From a virus (lineage: Duplodnaviria; Caudoviricetes), in IMG/VR virus record IMGVR_UViG_3300028384_000615, positions 1 to 36,349 of that record: DNA of 36,349 nt. One strand, written 5' to 3'. The notes under the pieces are model-generated. The model worked only from the letters and a program-made list of their open reading frames with translations, did not search any database and was not told where the DNA came from. The first letter of the stretch is position 1; every line of letters starts with the position of its first letter. Both the position numbers and the translations under genes were made by a program. This document shows, one piece after another, positions 11,701 through 21,000 of the stretch.

Positions 11701-13073
11701 AAATTTGTATTGACTGCTTTTATTTTCTTTACTACGTTTGCACCAAGTGATAGCGGAAGAACATTATAGTCTTGACCGTTAACCATTCTATCTTGTGCAT
11801 AATATGAACGTGGTGCAATTCTTCTAACACTTAGAAAATTTTCTGCTGCGTAGTTCTCACCAAAATCACGTGTAGAAGATAACGTTATATTAAGAGAATG
11901 TGCTATACCATCGTTTCCTATATATGGAATGGTAATATTGACATTTGATATTGATTTACTATCAACAGAATAACTTTCGTTATCACTGACACGATACCAC
12001 ACACGATAATTACCGTATGCTGAATTGCCAAAAATACCATCTGGATAGTGCAATTCTATTCCGTTGTCAACTGTAGTATTGACGCTTACTAGATCACCGG
12101 TACCGTTTCTAAGAGAATTATAAATTGCTGTTTCTCTTGAATCATTGTCTACTTTTGTGACATTTCTTAATATTTCACCGTTTGTATTTGTCTTTTGTAC
12201 CCAAACATCTGAATTTGAAATATTATTATCAGCAATAGTTTGTACTCTATTAGAAATATCAACAGTATAATTAAAAACCTTAGATGATAATTTACCTAGT
12301 TTTGCAAATATAAAAAAGCCTGTTCTGTCAGAAGCAGGACCTAGATTGTCATTTCGATTGATAATTGTAAAGTTTTTTGTTCTATCTGGCGCAAGTTCAA
12401 CAACTACGTTATCTTCGAAACCTGCCCTTACTGCTTCTACATTTCTGCTTTTACCTGCAATATTGCTTTTAAATCCATATACTACAGATTTACTTGATGT
12501 ATTTTCATTAATATCATATAGACTATGTTCTACATTAGATATATTAATTGTTTGTTTAGGATTTTGTATTTTTGTATTTTTATCTAAAGATGAATTAATC
12601 ACAGTAATGAAATTTTCATACCAATCCGGATCATTAGAATCGTTCCAATTTACAGTGCGATTAGCGAGAGATACACCATTTGAATCGAAAACATCTTCGT
12701 CAGTTCTTATACTTGTGATTTTCATAAATCCACGACCGTTAATAGGACGTGTTTTATTGTAACCCATAGATTTGGCAATACGTAAAATACTTTCTTTTCG
12801 TTCTGCTAAATTTAGGAAGTTCTCACGTGTGTTCATATCCAAACGATATGATAGTGAGTGGCCTAGGTATGATACAAGATCAAGAATTGCAATGAATTCT
12901 GAACTTGCTATAAAATCATTATATTTGTCTGGGTATGTCTGACGAATATATACAAGTAATGCCTCTCTGATAGTATCGAAGTCATATGCTTTTAAACTTA
13001 CATCAGTAAATGCAGTATAAACTGCATTCCAGCTTTCACTTGCAAATAAGCTGTCAACTCTTTCTTGACTCAT
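8718..13073 (-). CDS. gp6: Baseplate wedge subunit, T4 gp6-like, enlarged (1451 aa)
   Basis: N-terminal YDFDTIREAL...LDLVSYLGHSLSYRLD...ENFLNLAERKESILRIAKSMGY and APRSYYAQDRMVNGQDY motifs of the gp6/baseplate J family; adjacent to a gp25-like gene. Confidence 0.85.
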   Translation of the reverse strand: MSQERVDSLFASESWNAVYTAFTDVSLKAYDFDTIREALLVYIRQTYPDKYNDFIASSEFIAILDLVSYLGHSLSYRLDMNTRENFLNLAERKESILRIAKSMGYNKTRPINGRGFMKITSIRTDEDVFDSNGVSLANRTVNWNDSNDPDWYENFITVINSSLDKNTKIQNPKQTINISNVEHSLYDINENTSSKSVVYGFKSNIAGKSRNVEAVRAGFEDNVVVELAPDRTKNFTIINRNDNLGPASDRTGFFIFAKLGKLSSKVFNYTVDISNRVQTIADNNISNSDVWVQKTNTNGEILRNVTKVDNDSRETAIYNSLRNGTGDLVSVNTTVDNGIELHYPDGIFGNSAYGNYRVWYRVSDNESYSVDSKSISNVNITIPYIGNDGIAHSLNITLSSTRDFGENYAAENFLSVRRIAPRSYYAQDRMVNGQDYNVLPLSLGANVVKKIKAVNTNFSGNSRYFEMDDVTGHHSNVTVNSTDGTLYLDNDSITAKLSFNRQNGNIVNFIRNEISKVIKHNSLANLYYINNIGDKKVVINSDTDELFTEINVEIDPTDPKAIEIQTIAQGESGADPHPSEILYPGDFIKIKTDNNEYWTRIYGAAGSGGGISNNRYTITDILPEDTRNDNLFTIVEIVKGFRTRFEDFEIIEIRNGAFSEGAASSFDIIYDYDEVQNRWIWRLHDKDVDPELVAGQHIYVNLSYKKGIRTAEAEYTVKFSGKKVVFESDGDVKFFYSNNKRVVDLETNLAHQDRIVIDYYQPGDSDIIGGDEKDDVVVLGYSDIYNYSLDGINASFNIQYKTWTGAPRNLEFIQDELNGMRQPENAMNFVLVNTNGDDIPEAISGLNDAIPKTGYSTPIGDSYNDEYTLPVTIDISELTIDNVSDPVTNEAPTLETDKFEVSSVLTVIAEDGNVANADSTLVSLSSQDIVTDGFKGNVSTDYFTSARDTANFVFVKSTELPTGETLSSITIDDVNNLPTGVVNDYMTFKTDPTSTVYQFQFSNSTIAAGAGSVFWKQFAYAEIEFDSERELTENTIVVKVDGTRIDKRHIELLETDTTDDTMYSYKIVFWTHDPENALIDVYDIYTTASGISIEDYKVRAQSAVKITRATKLSIPEYSSIGSYIYEQYIDTEGYADYSKVKLTTMDDKQNPYGMIDVIGSDRYIIIAKLPDSNTYNISKFAYATNIPENITEQYYVYYNIEQDKWYNKSGDVIAQGSKEITLDSDQGVFPTGTKFKVADGISHINNTLARYNWEHFADKDKRIDPSTSNIVDVYVLTADYARKIDTWKNSGFSGPMPKAPNNYELKKLMESIKGKEMISDHVSYIPVKFKPLFGTQAIQENQAVFKVVKKSGTLFTDSEIKSAVSAAVNEYFKIENWDFGDTFYFSELAAHIHKSVPDYISSVVITPKYSGNQFTKLLSIGSDQNEIFMSVTTSADVKIIERITDTELSGE

Positions 13074-13075
13074 GT

Positions 13076-13429
13076 TTACTCTCGCTCTAAATCAATTTCT
13101 AATGTGACTGGTGTATTTTCAGGTAAAATATCTACTGTCAAATATACACTAATCGTATGTTCTGTTTCTTCTATTACAAGATTGACAAAATTAACTCTTG
13201 GGTCTTCGTCAACTATACTTTTAATGTCTTCTTCAATCATAATTTTAATTTCTGATGTTAATGGTTCAAAAATTAAGTCATGTACAATACTACCGAAAGT
13301 AGGCATCATTATACGCTCGCCTTTGCGAGTCATAATATGGTTCATCAAGTCTTCAATCACTAGGTCTTTACCTGTTAAAACATGATTAATCGCTTTTTTA
13401 TTTTTAGTACTGAAACCTGAAAATCTCAT
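13076..13429 (-). CDS. gp25: Baseplate wedge subunit, gp25/GPW family
   Basis: TRKGERIMMPTFGS...LIFEP...DPRV signature; 117 aa. Confidence 0.9.
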   Translation of the reverse strand: MRFSGFSTKNKKAINHVLTGKDLVIEDLMNHIMTRKGERIMMPTFGSIVHDLIFEPLTSEIKIMIEEDIKSIVDEDPRVNFVNLVIEETEHTISVYLTVDILPENTPVTLEIDLERE

Positions 13430-13462
13430 TTTTTCATTCTCTCTGTAGTTTTTGATTAAGAG

Positions 13463-13491
13463 TATTTATCTATGTATAAACTACGAACTTT
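13463..13491 (-). promoter_or_regulatory. Late-type promoter (GATAAATA) with conserved upstream element
   Basis: Minus-strand GATAAATA at 13470-13463 upstream of gp25, resembling T4 late TATAAATA; plus-strand TATAAACTACGAA at 13475-13487 recurs at 31511. Confidence 0.65.
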
Positions 13492-13495
13492 TTGC

Positions 13496-13523
13496 TTGAC
13501 AATTTCTTAATTGATGTTATAAT
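13496..13523 (+). promoter_or_regulatory. sigma70-type (early) promoter
   Basis: TTGACA (13496-13501), 16-bp spacer, TGn-TATAAT (13518-13523), then AGGAG RBS before ATG 13543. Confidence 0.8.
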
Positions 13524-13542
13524 ATAAAAATAGGAGTAATAT

Positions 13543-14307
13543 ATGAAAGTAGGTATTGTAGGATCAAGTTATAGCGTAGGCCGACATCATAATCCAGAAA
13601 CCAAACAAAATGACTTAGCACTTCCTTTTGAGACATGGTTGTATAATCACACCGAGGATATGGAATTCTTTAACGGTGCATGTGCAGGCAAAGGAACTGA
13701 ACTATATCTGAATAAAGTCGTTTACATGAAAGACAAGTATGATATAAACTGTCTTCTAATTGAAGTTGTCAACAATAGATCGATGTTAAATTTCAAATGC
13801 CTACCTGAAAATTATAAAAGAATTTTTTCAGAAGATGATTTTACAAAGTTTGAAAGTGAAGTATATGATAATTCTGGAAGCATTTGGACTTATGTAAGAG
13901 CATTAATTCAAGATATGGAAGAAGACACGTTTTCTCCTTCCAAAAATAAATTTGAATGTTGGAAAGAAACACAATGGAATATAGCATCAACTGAAGGTGC
14001 TATGGAATTTTGGGGTATGCTTGACATTTATCAAACTATTAAACTTTGCAAAATGTTAAACATCAAATGTGTATTATGGGAAAAGTCATGGGAGTTTACA
14101 CAACTTCCAGGATTTGAAAATATGTTACAGGGTTCTAAGTTTATAGAGTTCCCAAATCACCCTAACGCACATAAGTACTATGTCGCTAAATACGGCTTAG
14201 ATAACATTCTCTGTAACCATGACCACTTTAATGACAAAGTTAATGATGAAATGGTAAGAGACTTTATTGCACCAGCACTTATGGAGGTGAAAAATGGGCA
14301 AACTTAA
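13543..14307 (+). CDS. Putative SGNH/GDSL-like hydrolase
   Basis: N-terminal VGIVGSSYSVG (GDS-like block I), a G-x-G block and C-terminal DHFN (block V-like); good RBS. Confidence 0.5.
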   Translation: MKVGIVGSSYSVGRHHNPETKQNDLALPFETWLYNHTEDMEFFNGACAGKGTELYLNKVVYMKDKYDINCLLIEVVNNRSMLNFKCLPENYKRIFSEDDFTKFESEVYDNSGSIWTYVRALIQDMEEDTFSPSKNKFECWKETQWNIASTEGAMEFWGMLDIYQTIKLCKMLNIKCVLWEKSWEFTQLPGFENMLQGSKFIEFPNHPNAHKYYVAKYGLDNILCNHDHFNDKVNDEMVRDFIAPALMEVKNGQT

Positions 14308-14713
14308 AGAACAGCAACTAGAAATGTTTTTCGAAGATGTTGCACCAGAACTAATCATTGAAGAAGATATTATGAATACATTTGATATTCATCCTGATTG
14401 GAATGACTTAGATGTAACATACACTGTTGAATACAATGACACTATGACACCAATCACACTTGAAGAATTTGATACAATGGTGGCACCTGCTTGGACTGGC
14501 GTGTCAGAAGCAGAAAAGCGTGACTGGGTTATGTGGGAAGAAACAAAACCCTTGACAACAACAACCGAAGCTGATATGTTACGTAAAGAGATTCGTGAAC
14601 TTAATGAAACTCTGTATTCGCAATACAAACGTGTTGCTGAACTTACAGAAGAAGTTAATGAACTGAAGGCTCGTCTAGAACAGAAACTACATACAAACAC
14701 AAGGACTTTTTAA
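14294..14713 (+). CDS. Hypothetical acidic protein with C-terminal coiled coil
   Basis: 139-aa ORF with GGAGG RBS, coupled to both neighbours; heptad pattern [12 protein letters not shown]...[13 protein letters not shown]. Confidence 0.75.
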   Translation: MGKLKEQQLEMFFEDVAPELIIEEDIMNTFDIHPDWNDLDVTYTVEYNDTMTPITLEEFDTMVAPAWTGVSEAEKRDWVMWEETKPLTTTTEADMLRKEIRELNETLYSQYKRVAELTEEVNELKARLEQKLHTNTRTF

Positions 14714-15339
14714 TGCCTAATCTAGTACCAATGGTCGTTGATCAAACTGCTAACGGTGAACGCAGTTATGATATCTTTTCACGTTTACTTAAAGAACGTG
14801 TCATCTTTTTGACAGGTGAAGTAAATGATTATCAAGCTGATTTACTATGCGCACAATTGCTTTTCTTAGAAGCAGAAAACCCAGACAAAGATATTCATTT
14901 CTATATCAATTCGCCGGGTGGTTCTGTAACATCAGGTCTTGCGATCTATGACACAATGCAATTCATCAAGCCAGATGTATCAACAACAGTCATTGGTCAA
15001 GCAGCGTCAATGGGTTCACTATTAGCACAAGCGGGTGCAGTGGGTAAACGTTATGTTCTTCCTAACTCTCGTACAATGATTCACCGTGTGTCAAGTGGAA
15101 CACGTGGCACTGGTGGTTCAGTTCATGTACAAGAAATGGAAATGGAAGATAACATTCGTCACCTACAGGAAGCAAAAGAACTTAACAAACGTCTTACAGA
15201 ATTGTATGTAAATCATAACAGTTCAGGTAAAACATACGAAGAACTATTCGAAACAATGAAGTTCGACACATTCTTACGTGCTGAGGATGCAGTTGCTTGG
15301 GGTCTTGCTGATAAAGTAATGAATGAACGTCCTGCTTAA
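14713..15339 (+). CDS. clpP: ATP-dependent Clp protease proteolytic subunit
   Basis: LVPMVV...[46 protein letters not shown] (Ser), MIH (His), DTF (Asp). Confidence 0.96.
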   Translation: MPNLVPMVVDQTANGERSYDIFSRLLKERVIFLTGEVNDYQADLLCAQLLFLEAENPDKDIHFYINSPGGSVTSGLAIYDTMQFIKPDVSTTVIGQAASMGSLLAQAGAVGKRYVLPNSRTMIHRVSSGTRGTGGSVHVQEMEMEDNIRHLQEAKELNKRLTELYVNHNSSGKTYEELFETMKFDTFLRAEDAVAWGLADKVMNERPA

Positions 15340-15977
15340 CTAAAGCCAGGAACGTAACTCCACATCTTAGCAGTACGAATTCTAATAATGGCAAGTCGGT
15401 CATCGACTTTGCCATTTTTTCGTTTTATATTAGACTGAATTTCATCAGTGATTTCATACCAACGCCCTAAGTTTATAAGTTTAATAATATAAGAATTCTC
15501 AATAGTATCTGCACCTTCATAATAAAAATGATGTACAAGTGCATCAAACTGTGATTGTCCTAACGGCTGTCTAACAAATTTTTCGATGACATTACCAATA
15601 GACCTAAGTTGTTTTTCTAATAATAGTTCTGCCTGGTGCATTGTTACCATACCGTTAGTAATAGGTATTCTAGTCGATGCAACTGTTATATACCCATACC
15701 TTAATTCAGTTTCAGAAATTTCATATCTATAACCAATATTACCACCTGGTTTAATCTGCAACACAGGTTTAATATCATTCATTATTTCACGTTTACTTAA
15801 TTCGCTAAACACTAAGTCTACAACACTAAATGTTTTGACTTTAACATGTGAAAGAATATATTTTGGATTATTGATTTCATCATAACCCACTCCTAGGTAC
15901 GTCCCCGATGGTGTTATTACATTTAATGGTAGCTGTATATAATTTAATAATGAACCTTTTCTTTTATCATATAACAT
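15336..15977 (-). CDS. Lysozyme-fold (GH24-like) protein, probably catalytically degenerate, baseplate-associated
   Basis: IGY...AELLL...L.Q.QFDALV...G...NGKV...L..R pattern of phage lysozymes; no obvious N-terminal catalytic Glu (no xEG motif). Confidence 0.6.
   Translation of the reverse strand: MLYDKRKGSLLNYIQLPLNVITPSGTYLGVGYDEINNPKYILSHVKVKTFSVVDLVFSELSKREIMNDIKPVLQIKPGGNIGYRYEISETELRYGYITVASTRIPITNGMVTMHQAELLLEKQLRSIGNVIEKFVRQPLGQSQFDALVHHFYYEGADTIENSYIIKLINLGRWYEITDEIQSNIKRKNGKVDDRLAIIRIRTAKMWSYVPGFS
15387..15420 (+). terminator. Intrinsic terminator of the clpP operon, embedded antisense in the next gene
   Basis: AATGGCAAGTCG-GTCAT-CGAC(T)TTGCCATT hairpin followed by a T run, about 50 nt after the clpP stop. 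Confidence 0.65.
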
Positions 15978-15981
15978 ATTT

Positions 15982-18063
15982 TTATCCTGTCCACTGTCTT
16001 ACACTACGTTGTCCTGTGATATCTGCCGTAGTGACCACCTTATAATTTCTAGCGAACTGGTATGCACCACGCTCACCCGAGCCTGCTGAAAAGTGCATAG
16101 GGTCCCACGGAGAACTCCAGTTACCACCCCATCCTAGCCCATGTCTAGCTGCTATCTCTGACACATTTAACGGCAAATCGCAACCATATTGTGATCCGCG
16201 AGTAGTATTACCGTTCCACCCACTAGGTCGTGAGCCGTAACCGTTAACGTCCCAATTAACATCAATTGCCGCGCCCATGGCATGATAAGAAGGTCTACTT
16301 GATCCACGTGCATTTCTGTTACAGTAACCACCTAACATTCTAACCACATAACCTGTTGCTTCTAAGTCATCAATAAATCCTTGGAAGTTTCGCTGAAATA
16401 CTGCTGCAACCTGAGTAGATGCACCACCTCTACTTGTTATTGTTGCTAGACCTTCAGCATCATCTAGTTCTGGTGGAGGGCCATCTTGTCCACTGGCGTC
16501 ACCTTGACCTTGACTACTATTAGGATCATTTTGTACGCCACCATTTGCACCTGAACTATCCCCACCTGGGTATGAACCACCAACACCCGGGTTCGATCTC
16601 ATCATGGGTTCATGTGATGGCATGTTTGACACAATACTATCACTTACCTGTGTGCTTGATCCTTCCTGTATATCAGGGTGCGATGTCGTAGATAAACCAG
16701 GAGACATCGCTGCTTGTGGGCCGTTTAGATGAATATCGCCGCCAGTCGATGCGTACATATTTGTTCTTACTTTTGTATGGTTCGAACCACCACTATCATA
16801 AAACTGTGAACCGTCACTTTTAATATGGGTCTGATTACCGCTGTTAACAGAGAAATTATCACCCGACTTAATATTAATCTTTTGTCCTGCTTCCATGTTG
16901 ATATTTTTATCAGCACGAATATTGAAATCGTTTTCGGCTCTCATAGAAATAGAACCTTTTGCGTATGCCATTATTTCTCCTTGGGCACCAATTTCTACCC
17001 AACCTGAACCGGTAGAGTTAACTACATAAATCAAATCATTTGTACCATCTAAGATAACACTTGCACCTGAACCTGTTTGAATACGAATCTGATTAGGATG
17101 AATTTCACCATCTGGAGAAATATTACCATCATCCATTGTAATTGCATTTGATCCAGGTGTTCTCCAACCATGAACTGAACTGTGTTGTGGTGTTTCATAA
17201 CTTGCGTTACGAACAGGCGATGCTGTACTTTGTCCGCGGACAGGATCAGTATATAAACCCTGACCAGCTACATTGACATTTCTATCATGATTTGGTCGTG
17301 TATTTTCAGGTGTATTTCTTGCTGCCCTTGCATCATCTACATTATTTGGATTTGTAACTTCTGGTGTAGGACTATCTTCTCTGCCTGCACTTATATAACC
17401 TCTACTGATAGCATATGCACGTTCACCCGGTGTTAATTGCGCACGAACTCTCCCACCACCGATGTCTTCGTTAAAACTTCTAAGTCTTTCTACTTCCTGT
17501 GCATCTGCTGTTGTCCAGGCTGCTGTTTCATCCGAAGGTGTATCTGTACTACTATTTCCTTCACTATCGCTAGTATCAACTCTTTGATGTTCTGCTAAAC
17601 TACCAGAGACTGTATCAGCGGAGGGTATATCAGTAAAAGCACCGGATCCTTGGCCTGTTCCGTCATTACGAGCTGGTCCTGCAGGTCCACCTGCTACGAC
17701 ATTTGGAACTTCTTGTGCTACTGCGAACCAATAACCTTCACTTAACTCACCATTCTCAGCAAAGAATACAAGAATAGTTACGCCAGAATCTGGCGGTACA
17801 GAAAAGAAACCGTAAGAACCTGAACCATTTGAACCACCTGTAGGAGAAGCATACTGAAAGAACATCGGATGATCAGGATCGCCACCTAGTTTTGGAACAT
17901 AAGCTGCTAGTCTTCCGCGACCTTCCGGATCTGGTTGTCCAGTCGTAATAGCACGGTAAATACCACTTTGTATATTTGCCTGAATAGGAGACTCAGAACG
18001 TACTTTTTCACGTTTTAACGATTGAGCTAAACTATTACTATTATCATTTGGTGGTATACTCAT
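15982..18063 (-). CDS. gp5: Baseplate hub/central spike protein (gp5/VgrG-like) with C-terminal M15-family peptidase
   Basis: OB-fold start DPEGRGRLAAYVP...PPDSGVTILVFF; beta-helix repeats (ISMRAENDFNIRADKNINMEAG); C-terminal SYHAMGAAID...WGGNW...DPMHF zinc-peptidase motifs. Confidence 0.82.
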   Translation of the reverse strand: MSIPPNDNSNSLAQSLKREKVRSESPIQANIQSGIYRAITTGQPDPEGRGRLAAYVPKLGGDPDHPMFFQYASPTGGSNGSGSYGFFSVPPDSGVTILVFFAENGELSEGYWFAVAQEVPNVVAGGPAGPARNDGTGQGSGAFTDIPSADTVSGSLAEHQRVDTSDSEGNSSTDTPSDETAAWTTADAQEVERLRSFNEDIGGGRVRAQLTPGERAYAISRGYISAGREDSPTPEVTNPNNVDDARAARNTPENTRPNHDRNVNVAGQGLYTDPVRGQSTASPVRNASYETPQHSSVHGWRTPGSNAITMDDGNISPDGEIHPNQIRIQTGSGASVILDGTNDLIYVVNSTGSGWVEIGAQGEIMAYAKGSISMRAENDFNIRADKNINMEAGQKINIKSGDNFSVNSGNQTHIKSDGSQFYDSGGSNHTKVRTNMYASTGGDIHLNGPQAAMSPGLSTTSHPDIQEGSSTQVSDSIVSNMPSHEPMMRSNPGVGGSYPGGDSSGANGGVQNDPNSSQGQGDASGQDGPPPELDDAEGLATITSRGGASTQVAAVFQRNFQGFIDDLEATGYVVRMLGGYCNRNARGSSRPSYHAMGAAIDVNWDVNGYGSRPSGWNGNTTRGSQYGCDLPLNVSEIAARHGLGWGGNWSSPWDPMHFSAGSGERGAYQFARNYKVVTTADITGQRSVRQWTG

Positions 18064-21000
18064 TATTCACTATCCTCTTGTTCTTTATCTTCTGCTACAA
18101 TAAACCCACTTCCTGCAATTTCAGTACGTAGTTTACCAGATGAAGATTCTTCCTCACCGCCATACTTACCAACTTCTAACGCAGGAAAATTATCTGCCAA
18201 TCCTTGCATCATTCGTCCTTGCACAGTTGGCGAATAGCCATAAGTAGGGTCGTTGACATCAGATGGGAAATAATCTATGGGATTAAATGTTTGTACATCG
18301 CCATTTGCATCTATGTATGGAACTGGTTGTAATTGCTGCCAATCCGGATCTGCCCATGTTTCAACCGTGCCATCAGGAAAAGTGTATGATTTTTCTACTC
18401 TAGGAAGAGAAGATATTTGATTTTCAAAATTTCTCATTACTGTATTAGCTGCTTCTAATTGTGTTGCTTCATTTTCTGATAAGTTTTGATAAGCTGGATT
18501 AGACATGTCAACACTACTTCCTGGGAGTTTTACTAACTCTTGTGTTTGTTCTAACTGTAAAATTTCAGTCTGTTGTTCGGTTGGTAGGCTGTCAATAAAC
18601 TGTTTGACTTTAATGCCATTATTACTTTCTAACGCATCAAAGTATTCTTGTTTTTGATCTTCCGATAAACTTGTAGCATCTATTGCATCAAGTCCACTAT
18701 CTGTAACAGTAGGATTTTGAGTAGGGGGGCCCTCTACTGTTATTGTGCCGTCGCCATTATCTATATAAACATCAGGTAACTCATCTGGTTTAGGAATAAT
18801 TATAGGTCTTTTGTCAATGGACGTAGGTAAATATTCGGGAACGTCTTCACGTTCACCTGTTTCAGTATTTACGATAGTTTTTACTTCTTGCATTGCATAT
18901 GGCAAGTTTTCAGTTTGTGATGCCAAGACATCTTGTCTAAGTTTTTCTCGTTGCGCTTCGTCTTCTTCTCTACCAGACTGTGTCCAATAAAACCCGTCTA
19001 AGTCATCTTCTACTTCTGCTAGTGCTTCTTGTGCGCTTGCTAGTTCTTCACGTTTTTCACGCTGTATAACTTCGTCACGCACCGCGCCACGAGTGCCAGT
19101 TGTAGAATTTTCTACGATATCATTTAACGCAGTTTCTAGTTGTCTAACTCTTGCATACTCTGTATCGGTCATATCCATTAATGGGGTTTCGGTAGTAAGT
19201 CTTCTTATTTCTTTTTGAATAACTAATGCTTGTTCCATTTCTGCTGGTGTAAGTGTATTAGCAGGTATTTCAGTTGAAACACTTCTAGGTGTCATACCCG
19301 TTCTATCACCGAATGTATTAAATTTACTACCTCTAGGATCAAAAGGTTCATCACTACTTAATAGGGTATTTGCGTCATCTGCTGAAAATGCGCCGCCTGG
19401 TATACCAGAACCAAAGTCTATCTGATTTGCAGGGTTACCACCAGATGCTATCTCATCAGTTTGTGTATACTCGTCTGCAAAAGGAAGATTAGGACCTGGG
19501 CCTCTACCTTCAGATACTAAATTGCCTTCTGAATCGAATACCTGATATCTTCTACCTTGTCCTGAGCCGGTCACAACTTTATATGCACCTTCTCCTACTC
19601 CGACAGAATCATTACCTTCTCCTGCTCCCGTTCCCTGCCCTTGTCCTGCAGGAACGTCAGAAGTACCATTACCTGTAGGTTCTTCTTCAATAAATGTAGA
19701 ATCTATTGTAGGATTTAACTCTCTAAAGTTTTCAGGAAAATTAACTTTTACCATTTCTAATACTTGCGTAAACATACCACCTGAAAATGAACTAGTTATA
19801 TTTTTAACTAGATACACATCAATCATTAGATTAGCGATCTTTATATTCATCAATTCGTCTGTTCCAGCGGCTTTATTATTAATAATCATGCAATAATTAA
19901 ACCCACCGTAAAGAGAATTGTCATTTCTAAAATCTTCACTTGTTGCATTAACACCAAAAGTGCTTCTAGCAGAAACAGGAGGGATATAATTGTTAAGCCA
20001 GAATGGGTCACCTTTAATTGTTATTGATAATTTTTGCATACTCAGATCGACATCAAGGCCCTCATAGTATCTCTGTTTTGCTACTTCAATATCATTTTGG
20101 TCAGACGATCTAAACACCCCAGACCTTTGCTCCCCTTGCAGTCTAGGAAGAACTGCACGTCTGAATACCATTGGAGATGTTAACATTGTATCAATAAGCG
20201 CATTAAATTCTTCTGTTCTTAAATTAGTAACGAAATCGGTATCAAGTGCTTCTATTAAAACAACATCACCATTAATAGCATTAGGATTGCTTTGTGATAT
20301 AGCAGCAAAATTTTCATCTGGTCTTCTTGTTGTTTCTTGTTGTCTTTCAGATAATAATGCGCCTATTCCTTGCTCCATAGCAGAATCAATCGTAGATTGT
20401 TGCGCAGCCAATTGCCCAGATAAATCATTAACCTCCGCAGTTTTACTTTCTACAGTATCAAGTAATTCTGTGATCCTTGCTTGTCTATTATTTGTTAATA
20501 CACTACTTGCAATATCTGCACCAATATCACCAAATCCACTATCCATTAATGATATCGTATCAGAAAGACTAGTTGAATCTCCGAAAATATCATCTCTTGA
20601 TAAACTTATACCCAATGATGAGTTAACTTGTGAAACAAAATCGTTTTGAACAGAACTAACCTCATTACTTAAATTATTTCTTATACTCTCAAGATTATTT
20701 GAAGCATCCTCTAATTGTGGTGTCAGTTCTTCTTGCGCAGCACGTGCATCTGTTATTGCAGACTGTGCAGTATCATTCAACATGGAAATTGAAAAATCTC
20801 CTATACCCGCTGCATTAACAAAATTCGCAAATACAAATTCATCAGTTGGAGCAACATATGTTTTTGTAAGTTGTTTATTTAATGACACTTGGAAATCTAA
20901 TATTTGATCATTAAGCCCTGTATATTGATAATAATATCTTTTTCTACAACGACCTTGTGTAAAAATTTCATCTACCATTTTTGCACTATTTTGTGCTTTG

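Noticed and set aside
1132-12762. Short plus-strand ORFs in the track (e.g. 2227, 3019, 11068, 12346) and similar shadows elsewhere
   Set aside because: Antisense or out-of-frame shadows of long genes, Ser/Ile/Leu-rich, with no RBS or motifs.
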